Shown here piece after piece: positions 29,524 to 40,625 of a DNA stretch of 64,000 bases. The position numbers and the translations under genes were made by a program. The stretch lies in IMG/VR virus record IMGVR_UViG_2852300590_000011. The stretch is one strand, 5' to 3'. Origin of the DNA: an uncultured virus (IMG/VR IMGVR_UViG_2852300590_000011) (lineage: Duplodnaviria > Heunggongvirae > Uroviricota > Caudoviricetes). The notes under the pieces are model-generated. The model was not told where the DNA came from. It worked only from the letters and a program-made list of their open reading frames with translations, and searched no databases. Position 1 is the first letter of the stretch; every line of letters begins with the position of its first letter.

Positions 29524-32500
29524 TGGGTGGGAGTGGTGGATTAATTTCAAAAGTCTTGGGTGCTGGCTTAATGATTGCTGGGCTGTTTAATGGTGGTGTT
29601 ACTGCGGGAATAGGGATTGCTTTAATGTCGGCTGGTGTCGCAGTTCAAATGGCAGGCTCATTGATCTTTAAGCCTAAACTACCCTCCATGAATTATCGAG
29701 ATACAGGTGAACGCAAACAGATGTTACGTTCATCGTCTGCCCCTGAAACCGTAATCATCGGAAAAATAGTGATATCGGGTTTGCTTTTCTTCGCCGAAGA
29801 AGAGGCGGGTGAACAAGATGAAAACGAAAAAATCACACTGGCATTAGCGTTAGCAGGGCACCCCATAGAGAAAATTGGGAAGATCTGGTTAGGGGACGAT
29901 TTAATTGAGACTTTTGGTGATAAAGCCTCATGGGAATTACATAACGATAGGGAAGATGCCGCTCCCTTTATGCTTAAAAATTGCCCGTCATGGAAAGAGG
30001 ATATGATTGGTCGAGGTCTAGCGTGGTTACGTGTGACACTCACGTTTGACCAAGAAAAATTCCCCTATGGATTACCCAATGTGAAATGTGAAGTTTGGGG
30101 AAAACATCTGTTTGATCCTCGCACTGGGCAAACTGTGTGGGGTAACAATGGGGTCTTAGTGATTTTGGATTATTACCGCCATTATTTAAAAGTACCTGAT
30201 ACGGATATTGACTTTGACAGCTTTAAACAGGCGGCCGATTTATGTGATGAAAAAGTGAGTCTGCCAGAAGGCGGATTTGAGCCGCGATATACCCTTAATG
30301 GCGCCTATGATTTAAATGAGAGTCCATCCAGTGTCTTGGAGGCGATGCACAAATGTATTAACGCGGAACCAACATTCACCGCAGGAAAACACGGTATTCA
30401 AATCGGCGCTTATTATGGGCCGGCAATAAAAACCATTACCGAATCACAATTGATTGGCACCGTCACGTGTACCCCTGAAACAGGATTAAAAGACGCGACC
30501 AATGCGGTGTATGGCACGTTTATTGATGCCGAACAGTTGTACACAAAAACGGATTTCACGCCTGTGATTGTAGACGAATGGGTGAAAGAGGATGGCTTAG
30601 AAATTCGAGAGAACATCGACTATCGTTTTGTCACCAGCCCTTATCAAGCCCAACGATTAGCTCGCCAATATCTTCGCAAAAAGAAAGCGGGAAGACGGGT
30701 TCAACTCACGATGAACTTAGACGGCTATGCTTATCGTCCGGGGGAAGTTGTGCTTTTAGCATTACCTTCTTTGGGGATTAGTGGGCTGGAATTCCGTATT
30801 GCCGAATGGTCTTTCCATGCATTAGACGGTGTGGCTTTAACGTTGGAAGAGGATGGTGCCTATTTATATGAAGATGTGATTGGTAAACCTTTTGAGCGTC
30901 CACCGTTTGTGAGTTTACCCACTGGCGGTGTTGCTTCCCCTATTAATCTTGCTTTTGTTCCACTTGCCGTCAGTGACATTGTTCAAGGTATGCTTTCTTG
31001 GCAGAATGTGGCGTCTGATGTGCGCTACAACACGGTTAATATCCTTCAAAACGGTAGAGTGATTCAATCTATTCAGGTGCCGGGTGAGCGCGTTGATATT
31101 AACGGATTAGCACGAGGAACTTATCGTGTTGAAGTTAGAGCGACGAATATGGCGGGGGCAATGTCGGCACCCGCTATCAGTGATTTTGCTATCCAAGCAC
31201 CGCCAGCTCCCATTAAGGTTGATGTTACTTCGGGAATGTTCAGCCTCACCGTCTCGCCAAAACAAGGTGATAGTGCTGTCTTGGGTTATACCTTTGAGTT
31301 TTGGTTTAGTGAGGAAAAACTCGCTAATCTTTCTGAAAATGAAGTGATCACCAAAACAAACAAAGTTGGCCAAGGGAATTTCTGGACGCAAGAGAATTTA
31401 AAAGCAGGACATACGTATTATTTTTATGTTCGAACAATCAACAGCTATGGCAAATCACCTTTTGTGGAGGCTTCTGGTGTTTGCTCAGCTCAAACGGAGT
31501 TGCTTCTTGATGAATTAGCGGGGCAAATCAGCCGAGACCAACTCGCACAAGACTTATTGGGTGAAATTAACAGTAAAGCTAACCAAATCGATATTACTGA
31601 ATTACATGAGTTAATGAGGATAAATCACGACAAGCTTTTAGAAGAGTCAATGAGGCAAGGCGCGACGATTGAAGAAAGTGAAAAAAAATGGGAGGAGGCC
31701 GAAAAATTACTGGCTGAGCGGATAAATCAAGTTTCAACGGCAACAGAAGCACAGGCAACCGCAATTAAACAAGAGCAACAAGCACGTATTGAGACTGATA
31801 AAACCGAAGCACAACAACGCCAATTCTTAGCCACTCAACTTCGTGGTGATTATACCGGTAATGATTTATCGAAAGTCACCGCAGGACTCATTTCCGCAGA
31901 GAAACAAGCACGTGTTACAGGCGACCAAGCAGAAGCGAAAGCCCGACAATCACTGGAAACACGGATGAATGGGAATGTTTCAGCGATTAATCAATCACTA
32001 GAAACCCTCACCTCGAAACAGCAAGCACAAACGCAAGAGATTTTAACGCTCAATTCAAATCTTAAGGGGAAAGCTGATAGCAGTGTGGTGAATGCGTTAA
32101 ATACGCGAGTAACTAATCTCGATGGCAAAGTGACGTCCGCAACCTCTCAGGTACAAACGTTATCCAGCAAATTAGATACAGTGAAAGCCGATTTAACGGA
32201 GTCTGTGGTGGTGGATTTAGATTTATCTAAACTCAATGAAAACACCTATTATCCGATTATTTTGCCATTAGTAACTTCTCGACGTTATGCCTTTAAGGTT
32301 TTTAGAACCTTAGGGCAATATTCAGACAATAAACCCAGCTATGCGACTCACAGCACCAAAGGCTTTGCCGTGATTGTGGAATGGCAAGTCAGTGGTTCTG
32401 GATGGGGAACACAGTCTGAAAACCGCATCATTGATAATTTTGATTGGCGATGGACAAATCAATCCCCTGTGATGGGGCCAGCTCAATTAACGAATGGTTC

Positions 32501-33248
32501 TGTGGAATATATCTATTTGCGAGGAGGTGCTAAATATCAGCTCACTAAGCATAAAAGTGTTAACCATCAAATTATCACCCGCACTTATACCAATAACAAA
32601 CAATCGGTGGCACCAAAAGGATTTGTGGCGAATGAAGTACCTAAGTCCAGCGAACAGAAAGCCAATGCAACGGCGAATGCGGTAAACCAACTTGAAACTA
32701 AGGTGACTGAGGTCTCAGGTAAAGTGACCTCTACCGCCCAGCAAGTCACTCGCCTTGAAAGCCAAGTGGGTACAAGTTCAGCCAAAATCGAACAAACCTC
32801 GAAAGTGGTCACCGACATAAATGGCAAAATTTCCGCATCATGGACAATGAAAGTTCAGCAAGATAGCAAAGGGAATAAAGTCATTACGGGCATTGGCTTA
32901 GGGTTTAATGCACAAGGAAATAGCCAATTTCTGGTCAATGCCCAAAACTTTGCAGTGATATCGTCATTAAATGGCAAAGTGGTGACACCGTTTATCGTGA
33001 AGAATGGACAGGTGGTTGTTAATGAAGCTTTTATTGGTGATGCAACTATTACCAGTGCAAAAATAGCTAATGTATTGCAATCAACCAATTTCAGCCATGC
33101 AAACAAGGTGGGCTATCAACTTAATATGCGCACTGGTGAAGAAATTAAATATGGGAATAACGCTCAGGGGTACTGGATTGAAACAAACATATTAAAACGT
33201 TTGTTTGATAAAAAAGGCACAATGCGTATCAGAATGGGGATATGGTAA
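29523..33248 (+). CDS. Host-specificity/tail-tip protein (J-like)
   Basis: FN3-like region YYFYVRT.N.YGKS.F, coiled coil, C-terminal S.FLV.A..FAV...PF.V.NGQV..N.AFI. Confidence 0.9.
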   Translation: MGGSGGLISKVLGAGLMIAGLFNGGVTAGIGIALMSAGVAVQMAGSLIFKPKLPSMNYRDTGERKQMLRSSSAPETVIIGKIVISGLLFFAEEEAGEQDENEKITLALALAGHPIEKIGKIWLGDDLIETFGDKASWELHNDREDAAPFMLKNCPSWKEDMIGRGLAWLRVTLTFDQEKFPYGLPNVKCEVWGKHLFDPRTGQTVWGNNGVLVILDYYRHYLKVPDTDIDFDSFKQAADLCDEKVSLPEGGFEPRYTLNGAYDLNESPSSVLEAMHKCINAEPTFTAGKHGIQIGAYYGPAIKTITESQLIGTVTCTPETGLKDATNAVYGTFIDAEQLYTKTDFTPVIVDEWVKEDGLEIRENIDYRFVTSPYQAQRLARQYLRKKKAGRRVQLTMNLDGYAYRPGEVVLLALPSLGISGLEFRIAEWSFHALDGVALTLEEDGAYLYEDVIGKPFERPPFVSLPTGGVASPINLAFVPLAVSDIVQGMLSWQNVASDVRYNTVNILQNGRVIQSIQVPGERVDINGLARGTYRVEVRATNMAGAMSAPAISDFAIQAPPAPIKVDVTSGMFSLTVSPKQGDSAVLGYTFEFWFSEEKLANLSENEVITKTNKVGQGNFWTQENLKAGHTYYFYVRTINSYGKSPFVEASGVCSAQTELLLDELAGQISRDQLAQDLLGEINSKANQIDITELHELMRINHDKLLEESMRQGATIEESEKKWEEAEKLLAERINQVSTATEAQATAIKQEQQARIETDKTEAQQRQFLATQLRGDYTGNDLSKVTAGLISAEKQARVTGDQAEAKARQSLETRMNGNVSAINQSLETLTSKQQAQTQEILTLNSNLKGKADSSVVNALNTRVTNLDGKVTSATSQVQTLSSKLDTVKADLTESVVVDLDLSKLNENTYYPIILPLVTSRRYAFKVFRTLGQYSDNKPSYATHSTKGFAVIVEWQVSGSGWGTQSENRIIDNFDWRWTNQSPVMGPAQLTNGSVEYIYLRGGAKYQLTKHKSVNHQIITRTYTNNKQSVAPKGFVANEVPKSSEQKANATANAVNQLETKVTEVSGKVTSTAQQVTRLESQVGTSSAKIEQTSKVVTDINGKISASWTMKVQQDSKGNKVITGIGLGFNAQGNSQFLVNAQNFAVISSLNGKVVTPFIVKNGQVVVNEAFIGDATITSAKIANVLQSTNFSHANKVGYQLNMRTGEEIKYGNNAQGYWIETNILKRLFDKKGTMRIRMGIW

Positions 33249-33610
33249 TGGGCATGGGTTTAGAAATATATGATGAGAAAGGGCGACTCATTATTGGAGA
33301 AGACACTATTATACCGCGCCACTTGGGGCAATTTGACCTTCCTTTGTCCCAATATGGATCTCTTACTATTCCTGAGATTTCCTTAGGAGGTGAGGTTGTT
33401 TGCCATTTCTGGCTACGGTATCGCTCTCGATGGAGTGGTGAATTTCATGTAGATAAGCCTAATGAGAGAACAGAGTACTCCATATCTGGGAACACGTTAA
33501 ATTACCGCGTTGATTACAATATCTATCGCTGGGAGAACAATGGCTCTGGTGGTGGGCAGACACAAGCGAATGACTCATTCTCAAGTCATGTTGTCGTATG
33601 GGTGGTGTGA
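33242..33610 (+). CDS. Tail-tip accessory protein
   Basis: GLEIYDEKG motif typical of small genes after J. Confidence 0.65.
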   Translation: MVMGMGLEIYDEKGRLIIGEDTIIPRHLGQFDLPLSQYGSLTIPEISLGGEVVCHFWLRYRSRWSGEFHVDKPNERTEYSISGNTLNYRVDYNIYRWENNGSGGGQTQANDSFSSHVVVWVV

Positions 33611-33611
33611 A

Positions 33612-34226
33612 ATGGTTGGTGTAGAAATTTACACAAATAATAGGCTGATACAATTAACCGATAAACTCGAAACAATATGTGTTTTGAGAAAAGCAACTCC
33701 TGATGAACTAACGTCATCATCAGGCCCTCATGATAGCTATCCGAGAATCTATGCGTTAAATAGCCAATGGATGGTTGCTCCGATTTCCAAGGTAAGCATA
33801 CCTCAACACGGAGTTGGTCTTGAAGTTTATGATGAGCAAGGGAAAATGAAATTTTCATCTCTTGCTAAGTTGGTCTGCTTTGAGAAATATTATGATGTCA
33901 ATACGGGGAGCGCTGGCAAAGGCTCATTAAGAATCGCAGGCAAAAGTGGTCATCGGTATGGCATGATTAAGACTCGCTCTATGGGGTATTTTCATAATAC
34001 AAACATACGAAGCTACATAGACCCTGACACGTGGGATGAAGTTTGGACATTCAAAAGATATAGCGAGCGTTATGTCTTGGTTGATGATGTGGGAGGGTTA
34101 ACATTTGAGTATCGATACGAGTTCTTAGGAGAAGAGGATGGCTGGATAAGTATGCCTCCGAGTCGAGAAGGTTCTGGATTAATGGAACAAGGGCTTATGA
34201 TAGACGTTTCAATGTTAGAAGATTAA
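33612..34226 (+). CDS. Tail-tip accessory protein
   Basis: ATG at 33612; GVEIY and GLEVYDEQG repeats. Confidence 0.65.
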   Translation: MVGVEIYTNNRLIQLTDKLETICVLRKATPDELTSSSGPHDSYPRIYALNSQWMVAPISKVSIPQHGVGLEVYDEQGKMKFSSLAKLVCFEKYYDVNTGSAGKGSLRIAGKSGHRYGMIKTRSMGYFHNTNIRSYIDPDTWDEVWTFKRYSERYVLVDDVGGLTFEYRYEFLGEEDGWISMPPSREGSGLMEQGLMIDVSMLED

Positions 34227-34275
34227 ATACCGCACTAATGTGGTTTTTTTGTATCTAAATTTTAGGAAATAAATC

Positions 34276-35214
34276 ATGATATACACAACAGGCACTGTTA
34301 GCACAGTGTCAGGGTCTGCTGTTGTCTCTGGCACAGGTACCATTATTTTAATTAAAAATGGTAATGCTAATTTTATTTATATGGTGGACAGGGTTAATAG
34401 CGATACAGAATTAGTCATTTCACAACCGGCTACATTTACCGTAAAAAACACTAGTTACAGCATTAATCTCACTGAGCCGAACTCATACAGCGACGCTAAT
34501 AATCGTATGACCGCTATTGCATCAGATATTACGTAGTTCTTAAACGAGCAACGAGTTACGCTCGATGGTGTTAAAAAAGTGCTGGGGGATATTAGTAAAA
34601 AGTTAGATAAAAGTGGTGTGGACCTTTCAGGGATTTCGAAGTGCGATTACACGTAATACACAAATGGCTTATTGTGTGTTTCGACAAAAATCCACCTTAA
34701 AGGCGGGCGCTATTGGTCTTTGCCGACAATATTATCGCATTTAGATAAGTGTGTTGTGTTTTATCATACCACCAACTCTCAAGCGGAAGTGAGCTATTTA
34801 GCGCATAAAAAGCAATTATACAGTTCAGCCCAAACAGACATTTATGTGTGTGTATTCGTTTCAGGAATGGTTTTGACCCCGAAGAGACGTTGGGGGTTAT
34901 CACTGTACAGTGAAGATGGAGCACGGGTCTTTAATACGGACTATTTGCCTTTTACCCGAGGAAAATCAATGGCATTGTTATTACGGGAGGGGAGTGTAGA
35001 GACTCCATATAGTTTGCCTTTAGTCTGTGCAACCAGTCAGTTTGTGAATGCGTCTTATCAGGATGACCCTATTGATTGGGCCAAGTGCAATACGGGGATA
35101 CGTTTTCGGGGAAAACAGATTTTTGTGAGCGAACAAATACGTGATGCTCATCGGCAACATCATGTAGAGCAACGTATTCCCTTTTATGTCCTTAATGGTT
35201 CACATTATTTTTAA
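34276..35214 (+). pseudogene. Tail-fibre gene broken by two in-frame stops
   Basis: ORFs 34276-34536 and 34672-35214 share one frame, interrupted by TAG (34534) and TAA (34654); fibre-like MIYTTGTV...GTGT start and WGLSLY..DG..VF motif. Confidence 0.72.
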
Positions 35215-35236
35215 TAAAATGAATACCTGTCTATAT

Positions 35237-35572
35237 TTATGTGGGATACATGTCGCTTTTCTTTATTGGCATAATGCTTTCTGCTGATAATGATTGTTTT
35301 GCTTTAATCATTTCTTTTTCATTTGAAAATTTATAATTAGGCAATAGTTCTTTAGGTTTGACACCTAAAATAAACGCGATAGAGAATAAATGTTCTACTG
35401 TTATTTTGGTATGTCCATTCTCTATACGTGAATAGTGCTGTTGACTTATTTCCAATGAATGGGCTATTTCAATGCCTGTCACCCCTAATTCTTTTCTTTT
35501 TTGTTTTATTTTTTTACTGATGATGTAATTCAATGTATTCATGATATTGTCCTGATTATAAATATCCTGCAA
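35237..35572 (-). CDS. MrpJ-like XRE regulator
   Basis: IS.KIK.KRKELG.TG..IA..L.ISQQHYSRIENG..KI.V.HL; resembles the SQQQFSRYE core of Proteus MrpJ paralogues. Confidence 0.78.
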   Translation of the reverse strand: MQDIYNQDNIMNTLNYIISKKIKQKRKELGVTGIEIAHSLEISQQHYSRIENGHTKITVEHLFSIAFILGVKPKELLPNYKFSNEKEMIKAKQSLSAESIMPIKKSDMYPT

Positions 35573-36507
35573 CTAAACTAGATAAAGCAAAAAGTTATAA
35601 GATTAATTTATTTTAAATAAAAATACGGGGTTTTTATATTGTTTATTTCATTTTATGAGGTTGGTGTGCATTTTTTTTGTTTTTTTTCAATCGGTTGTGT
35701 GTTTTTTTAGGCGCAGATGACTATTTATTCGATATTTCAATGTTGTGTTAATAATGAAATTATATAATTAATAAAATTTTTGCTTATTTGTTGAGCATCT
35801 TGCTCTTTTTTACTATTTATCAAATGATAAAACCTCTGTAAATAATATTGTTTTTTATTATCATTCGCTTTTTCTGCTTTGTTGAGAGATATTTATACTG
35901 GTTATTTCTATTTTGAGTAGATAATTATAATGAAAATTAACTTTAATATAAAAAATAAAATGAAATCATTGAGTGTCATTTTTTATTATTGATTATGTCT
36001 TTAATGTATTGTATTAATATTTTGTTCATTAGGTTTTCATTTGAAAATCTTAACATTACGTTTATTAAAATTTAGCCCGTATTTATACGGTTTTTTTATG
36101 AATATCAGTTTTTTACTAATGTTATTGCGAATTTAATTATAATATATAGCTAAAAAACTAAGAAAATTAGTGAAAATTTCTATTGAATTATAATCACATT
36201 ATAATTTTTAAAATTTTAGTTAATTGCAGTTTGGTTTGAGATTAATAGAAAGTAGCTGATGTAAAGTATATTGCTTAGTGCTAATATTGATAATTTAATC
36301 AAATGATTGCGTTATTATATCATTTCTTAAGTTAAATAATTGTTTTTTTTGTATAAAGAAAGCAATTTTAATGAAATTTAAAAACAATTAATATCATTGT
36401 TAAAAGATTATAAGATTTAATTAATGTAAGAATATTTACTTTGTGAATTTTATCATATAGTATTTCTTTCTTTAATGTCATAACTCATTGGGTTTATTTC
36501 TTTATTT

Positions 36508-37911
36508 ATGAATTTTATATTGAATTGTAAATTCAGATTTTGTCTGTTATTTATTCTATTTCTGAGTTTTCATAGTATTGCGAATGACGATTATAATAAA
36601 AAAAGTAATAATTTAATAACTGAGGCTCAATTGGTTGAGGATCCTACTCTATTATTACGATTATTTATTCCTGCATTAATTAGAAATGATGTAGAAGGTG
36701 TTGGATTATTACTTTCTATTTATGAAAAACAAAAAAAAACAGAAAATGATGAGTTGTTAATATGGGGTAATGCTATTATTTCTCGTAAGAATAAAGACTT
36801 AGATAAGTCAATATCATTATATAGAAGTTTAGTTTCTAGAAATCCTAAATTAGTATTTGCTCGATTACAGTTAGCAATTTCATTATTTGAAAATAAAGAG
36901 AATGAGGCGGCATTAGAACAATTTGATAAACTGAAAAGCGAAAGCTTGAATGATAACATCATTGATATTATTAATAAATATTCCGAATTAATCAATCACC
37001 AGAATGATTGGTCATTTAATGGTGGCATTGTTTATTTAAATGAGTCAAATATTAATAACTCTCCTAAATTAGGTGTTAATGCTGCAAATTGGAAGAGTAC
37101 ATCAAAGCCTGAAAGTGCTGAGGGTTTTTCTTATGTAGGGGTAGCTGAAAAGAAGTTATCGATATATAAAAATTACTTTTCTTTATTGAATATTCGAGGA
37201 AAGGGAAAATATTATTGGGATAACTCTAAATATAATGAAATATCTTCTAGAGTGAAAGTGGGATTGGGATATAAAGATTTAACTAATGAAGTGTTATTTT
37301 TACATTTTGTCGAATACTCATGGAATCCAAATAAAACTCAACAAAATGGTTCTACATTTCATCGTTATTCAAATGCAATTGGAACAGAGGTTGAAATAAA
37401 CAATTGGTTAAATAAGCAATGGAAAAATTCACTTTCAGTTGAGTTATCAAGGCAAAGTTATCATAAGACAAAACTATTGGATGGTAATGTTTATTCTGTA
37501 TCTGATACACTATTGTATATATCAAGTAGTAATCAATATTGGTTTTCTGGAATAGATTTTTATCATAAAGAAGCTAAAAGTAAAGCTAATGCTTTTGATC
37601 GATTCAGTGTCCGTGCAGGTTGGGGGCAAGAATGGTTACAAGGTATTTCTACTCGTTTTCAAGTTGGTTATGCTAAGCGTATTTATCAAGGAGCAATAGC
37701 AGAAGAAAATAATTATTGGGTTCCTGATTTTTATAAAAAACCACAAAAAAATGATGAGTATAGTGTTTATATAACATTGTGGAATAGAAATTTTTATTTT
37801 TATGGAATTACACCAAAAATAACATGGGCATATCAAAAAATAGATAGTAGTAATTTATTTTATAGTTATGATAAAAATAACTTTTATCTTGAGTTTAGTA
37901 AATATTTTTAA
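36508..37911 (+). CDS. Slam/DUF560 outer-membrane translocon (type 11 secretion)
   Basis: Signal peptide, TPR-like RLQLAI.LFEN.E.E.A..QF.KL, NINN motif, LWNR.....GITPK.T, C-terminal FYLEFSKYF beta-signal. Confidence 0.87.
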   Translation: MNFILNCKFRFCLLFILFLSFHSIANDDYNKKSNNLITEAQLVEDPTLLLRLFIPALIRNDVEGVGLLLSIYEKQKKTENDELLIWGNAIISRKNKDLDKSISLYRSLVSRNPKLVFARLQLAISLFENKENEAALEQFDKLKSESLNDNIIDIINKYSELINHQNDWSFNGGIVYLNESNINNSPKLGVNAANWKSTSKPESAEGFSYVGVAEKKLSIYKNYFSLLNIRGKGKYYWDNSKYNEISSRVKVGLGYKDLTNEVLFLHFVEYSWNPNKTQQNGSTFHRYSNAIGTEVEINNWLNKQWKNSLSVELSRQSYHKTKLLDGNVYSVSDTLLYISSSNQYWFSGIDFYHKEAKSKANAFDRFSVRAGWGQEWLQGISTRFQVGYAKRIYQGAIAEENNYWVPDFYKKPQKNDEYSVYITLWNRNFYFYGITPKITWAYQKIDSSNLFYSYDKNNFYLEFSKYF

Positions 37912-37931
37912 TTAAAGTTGGATATTATATT

Positions 37932-38986
37932 ATGAAAAAAATATACCTTTTGTTGTTTTACCTCTTATTATTGCTGGATGTTCTAGTGGTGGCGGTGAGA
38001 ACAAAGATAATAATGTTATTCAGGAAAAGAAAGTCGATGTTATATCTAATAACCCTACATCTAGTTTAAATAAAGAGGAGGGTAAAAGAGTCAATGAAGC
38101 ATTAAATAAAGAAGTAAATGAAGAAGTAAATGAAGAAGTAAATAAAGTAACGAATAAAGTAGTGAATGAGGTGGTAAATAAAGAAGTAAATGAAGTGGTG
38201 AATGAGATAATAAATAAAGAAATAAATAGAATAGATGAAAAAGAAGATGCTGCGGAAATTTCAAACGATAAAGGAATATCCGTGGATGAAAAATTATTAT
38301 CAGATAATAAAGAAAAAGTATATACAGGTAGTAAGATAGATAAGATATACCATTCTAACTGGGATTATGGGAAAGAAAATATTCCTGTTTATAATATTGA
38401 AGGTTCAAAAGATCCATATGAGAATTATTTATCTAGTGAGGAAAAAATAATTACTTTCGTAACAGATAAAGGCGATTCGCATCAATTTAGTTTATTGGGT
38501 GATGTTGGATATTATGGGTATCGAATTGAATTAGATGCTGATAGAACAGCAAGTTATGCTTCTTATATTTATTCTATTGAAAAAGACCTTATTGCTGAAA
38601 ATGTGCCTAATGATTTAAATGCTGTGTATAGTAAAAAAGACGGTTTTGTGTATGGTCCATTAGATCATAGATCTGATCAAATAAACGCAGTCGTTAGAAC
38701 AGCAGACATTACAATGAATTATACTAATGGCATAGTTAAAGGTGTTATTACTGAAAATGATCCATATATAGGTAATGATGAATTATTTAAAATAGATGGT
38801 AATACTAAAAGTTTAGTAATAACACCTACTCGGCATGTATCAAATGGTATCATTCCTAATGATAGAGCAGCAATGGATATTCAATTTGTTAATTCTGCAG
38901 AAAATATAGATGATCACAAATATATTTTAGGAACTACAAAAGCGGAGTCATGGGTAGGTGTATTAGCAGCAGAAAAACAGAATTAA
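37932..38986 (+). pseudogene. Slam-cargo surface lipoprotein with a 1-nt frameshift in the A-run after ATG
   Basis: ATG+A7; one extra A gives MKKNIPFVVLPLIIAGCSSGGG (lipobox) in frame with ORF 38162-38986; acidic repeats; barrel-like C-terminus WVGVLAAEK. Confidence 0.8.
38090..38232 (+). repeat. Imperfect 12-bp coding tandem repeats (VN[E/K][E/V])
   Basis: GAAGTAAATGAA-type units repeated about 11 times. Confidence 0.8.
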
Positions 38987-39028
38987 TATTAGAGTGATGT
39001 ATAGCTATTTTAGTTAGTTTTATTTATC

Positions 39029-39053
39029 AAAAGCCTCTTAGCTGAGGCTTTTT
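39029..39053 (+). terminator. Intrinsic terminator after the lipoprotein gene
   Basis: AAAAGCCTC-TTAGCT-GAGGCTTTTT. Confidence 0.75.
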
Positions 39054-39426
39054 AAAAAATCATAGTCTAGGTTTATATGGATAAAAATAATTATAATTTT
39101 TTAAGTAATGAGAGTTTTTCACACCATGTATTAAGCGTTTCTCGTTTTTCTCTAAAATAATCATATCTATCATAATGCTTTTGAGAAATTCCTAGTCTTT
39201 TATGGTTTTGTACCATATTCTTAATTCAGAACTTATTCCCATTTTTCTAGCTAATGTTTCGAATACTCACTAAGTCATGTTTACAGCCCTAATTAGTGGT
39301 TATCAAAACCAATAAAAGCATTATGGTAATCAACTAGTTATAAAAATGCATAATCACTGTATTTTAAGTCTATTAAGAGTAAATATGCCTTAATAAACAA
39401 ATAGTTAATAATGGCTGATTTATATA

Positions 39427-39591
39427 ATGCTACGCCACATGGGGTGGACAGAAGCCGCTGACTTAATCATTAAAGGTATGGAAGGCGCGATCGAAGCGAA
39501 GACCGTTACTTATGATTTCGAACGTCTAATGGACGGCGCTAAAATGCTGAAATGTAGCGAGTTTGGTGACGCGATTATCAAACATATGTAA
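39427..39591 (+). pseudogene. icd: icd 3'-end duplicate (att junction, icdC-like)
   Basis: [54 protein letters not shown] is the IDH C-terminus; IHF-consensus AATCAACTAGTTA at 39328-39340. Confidence 0.93.
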
Positions 39592-39749
39592 TTGTTGATT
39601 TGATAAATAGTTAACGGGAGCTTATTAGTTCCCGTTTATTTTTTGTACTACAAAATTCTTCCCCAAAACCCCACCAAAACTATTCCCCAAAACAGTACAA
39701 TTAAAAATGTGGATTATCTGAAGTAATTTCTGGGAACAATGCGTGGTGT

Positions 39750-40166
39750 GTGAACTTAATTGATACTATTCAAGGTAATTCAGCAGAATATGAGCTCTAT
39801 GTATTTGTGAAATCTTCTTATCATATTTCACTTCATCCTCAAAAATGGGGAATTCAAATTTATCATAAAGGTGTTATTACACACGCTTCAAGTCAAAGAC
39901 CGCTTAATTTATTAGAGGGAAATAACTTTGTACTCACAGGAAATAATTGGAATGGCGTGGATGTCGGGTTTCCTTGTGCGGTATTAATCACAACAATAGG
40001 GCATATTGGGATGATGGATTCGATGGGAGGAAAAACAATTAGGATAACTCTTTGTGGACGAGGTAACCGTATTATCCCTCATTCCATGATAGTCTCCGGA
40101 CAGATGTCAACAACCTCACTAGGTAAGCAGTATTTTTATATTGATGTAAGGGAGTATGGTGGGTGA
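39750..40166 (+). pseudogene. Fragment of a tail-fibre accessory gene
   Basis: YELYVFV...KWGIQIY...RPL resembles DIYVCVFV...RWGLSLY in 34672-35214; no 5' part. Confidence 0.55.
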
Positions 40167-40625
40167 TAGAAGAGTTTAGATGGTTAGTTTAGTTATTGAG
40201 TACGAGAGAGCGCTAAAAAAGGATATATTCGTTGGTAGTCGGCTTTGTGCCAAAAACGGGGCTCTGCCAGCTCGTTATTGCCCCATTCCGTGTTTTGGCT
40301 CGTTAGCTTAATCGAAAGTTCCCGCTCCTGCTACCATACAAATTCTTATCTATTTGCCTATGTTTGGTTTTACCAGAAATCGACTAACCGTGTATGGAGA
40401 TACAGCCATATGACTTGAACACAGTATTAGTGCGCACCAATTCCATTCGGAATAAATAAAACTCTATAAAATCAATTAACTATAGAGACTTAGTTTTAGT
40501 TGATAGGTTTAAAAAACGCGCATGCACATTTTTCAAGATGGTGTATTTGGTTGAAAGCTGATAACTTATTTGTATACAGATAGTTAATCATGCGCGTTTT
40601 TATTGGCCTAACGAGTTAAACACAC

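Larger units (their letters stand above)
1..39430. mobile_element. Prophage 1: lambdoid siphovirus (SfV/e14-like early region, HK97-type head) integrated at icd
   Basis: Ordered int-xis-early-cI/cro-rep-Q-lysis-HNH-terminase-portal-capsid-tail genes ending at an icd 3'-fragment (39427). The left att lies outside the window. Confidence 0.92.

Noticed and set aside
29523..35214. Diversity-generating retroelement or invertase shufflon at the tail fibres
   Set aside because: No reverse transcriptase, invertase, TR/VR pair or crossover repeats seen.
35573..36507. Fur-box-like words upstream of slam
   Set aside because: Only partial matches in extremely AT-rich DNA, as expected by chance.
38090..38232. 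Repeat array considered as CRISPR
   Set aside because: 12-bp in-frame coding repeats with no spacers and no cas genes.
40415..40440. GGTGCGCACTAATACTGTGTTCAA as an Xer dif site
   Set aside because: About 3 bp too short between the XerC-like and XerD-like arms; fits an attI-like end better.
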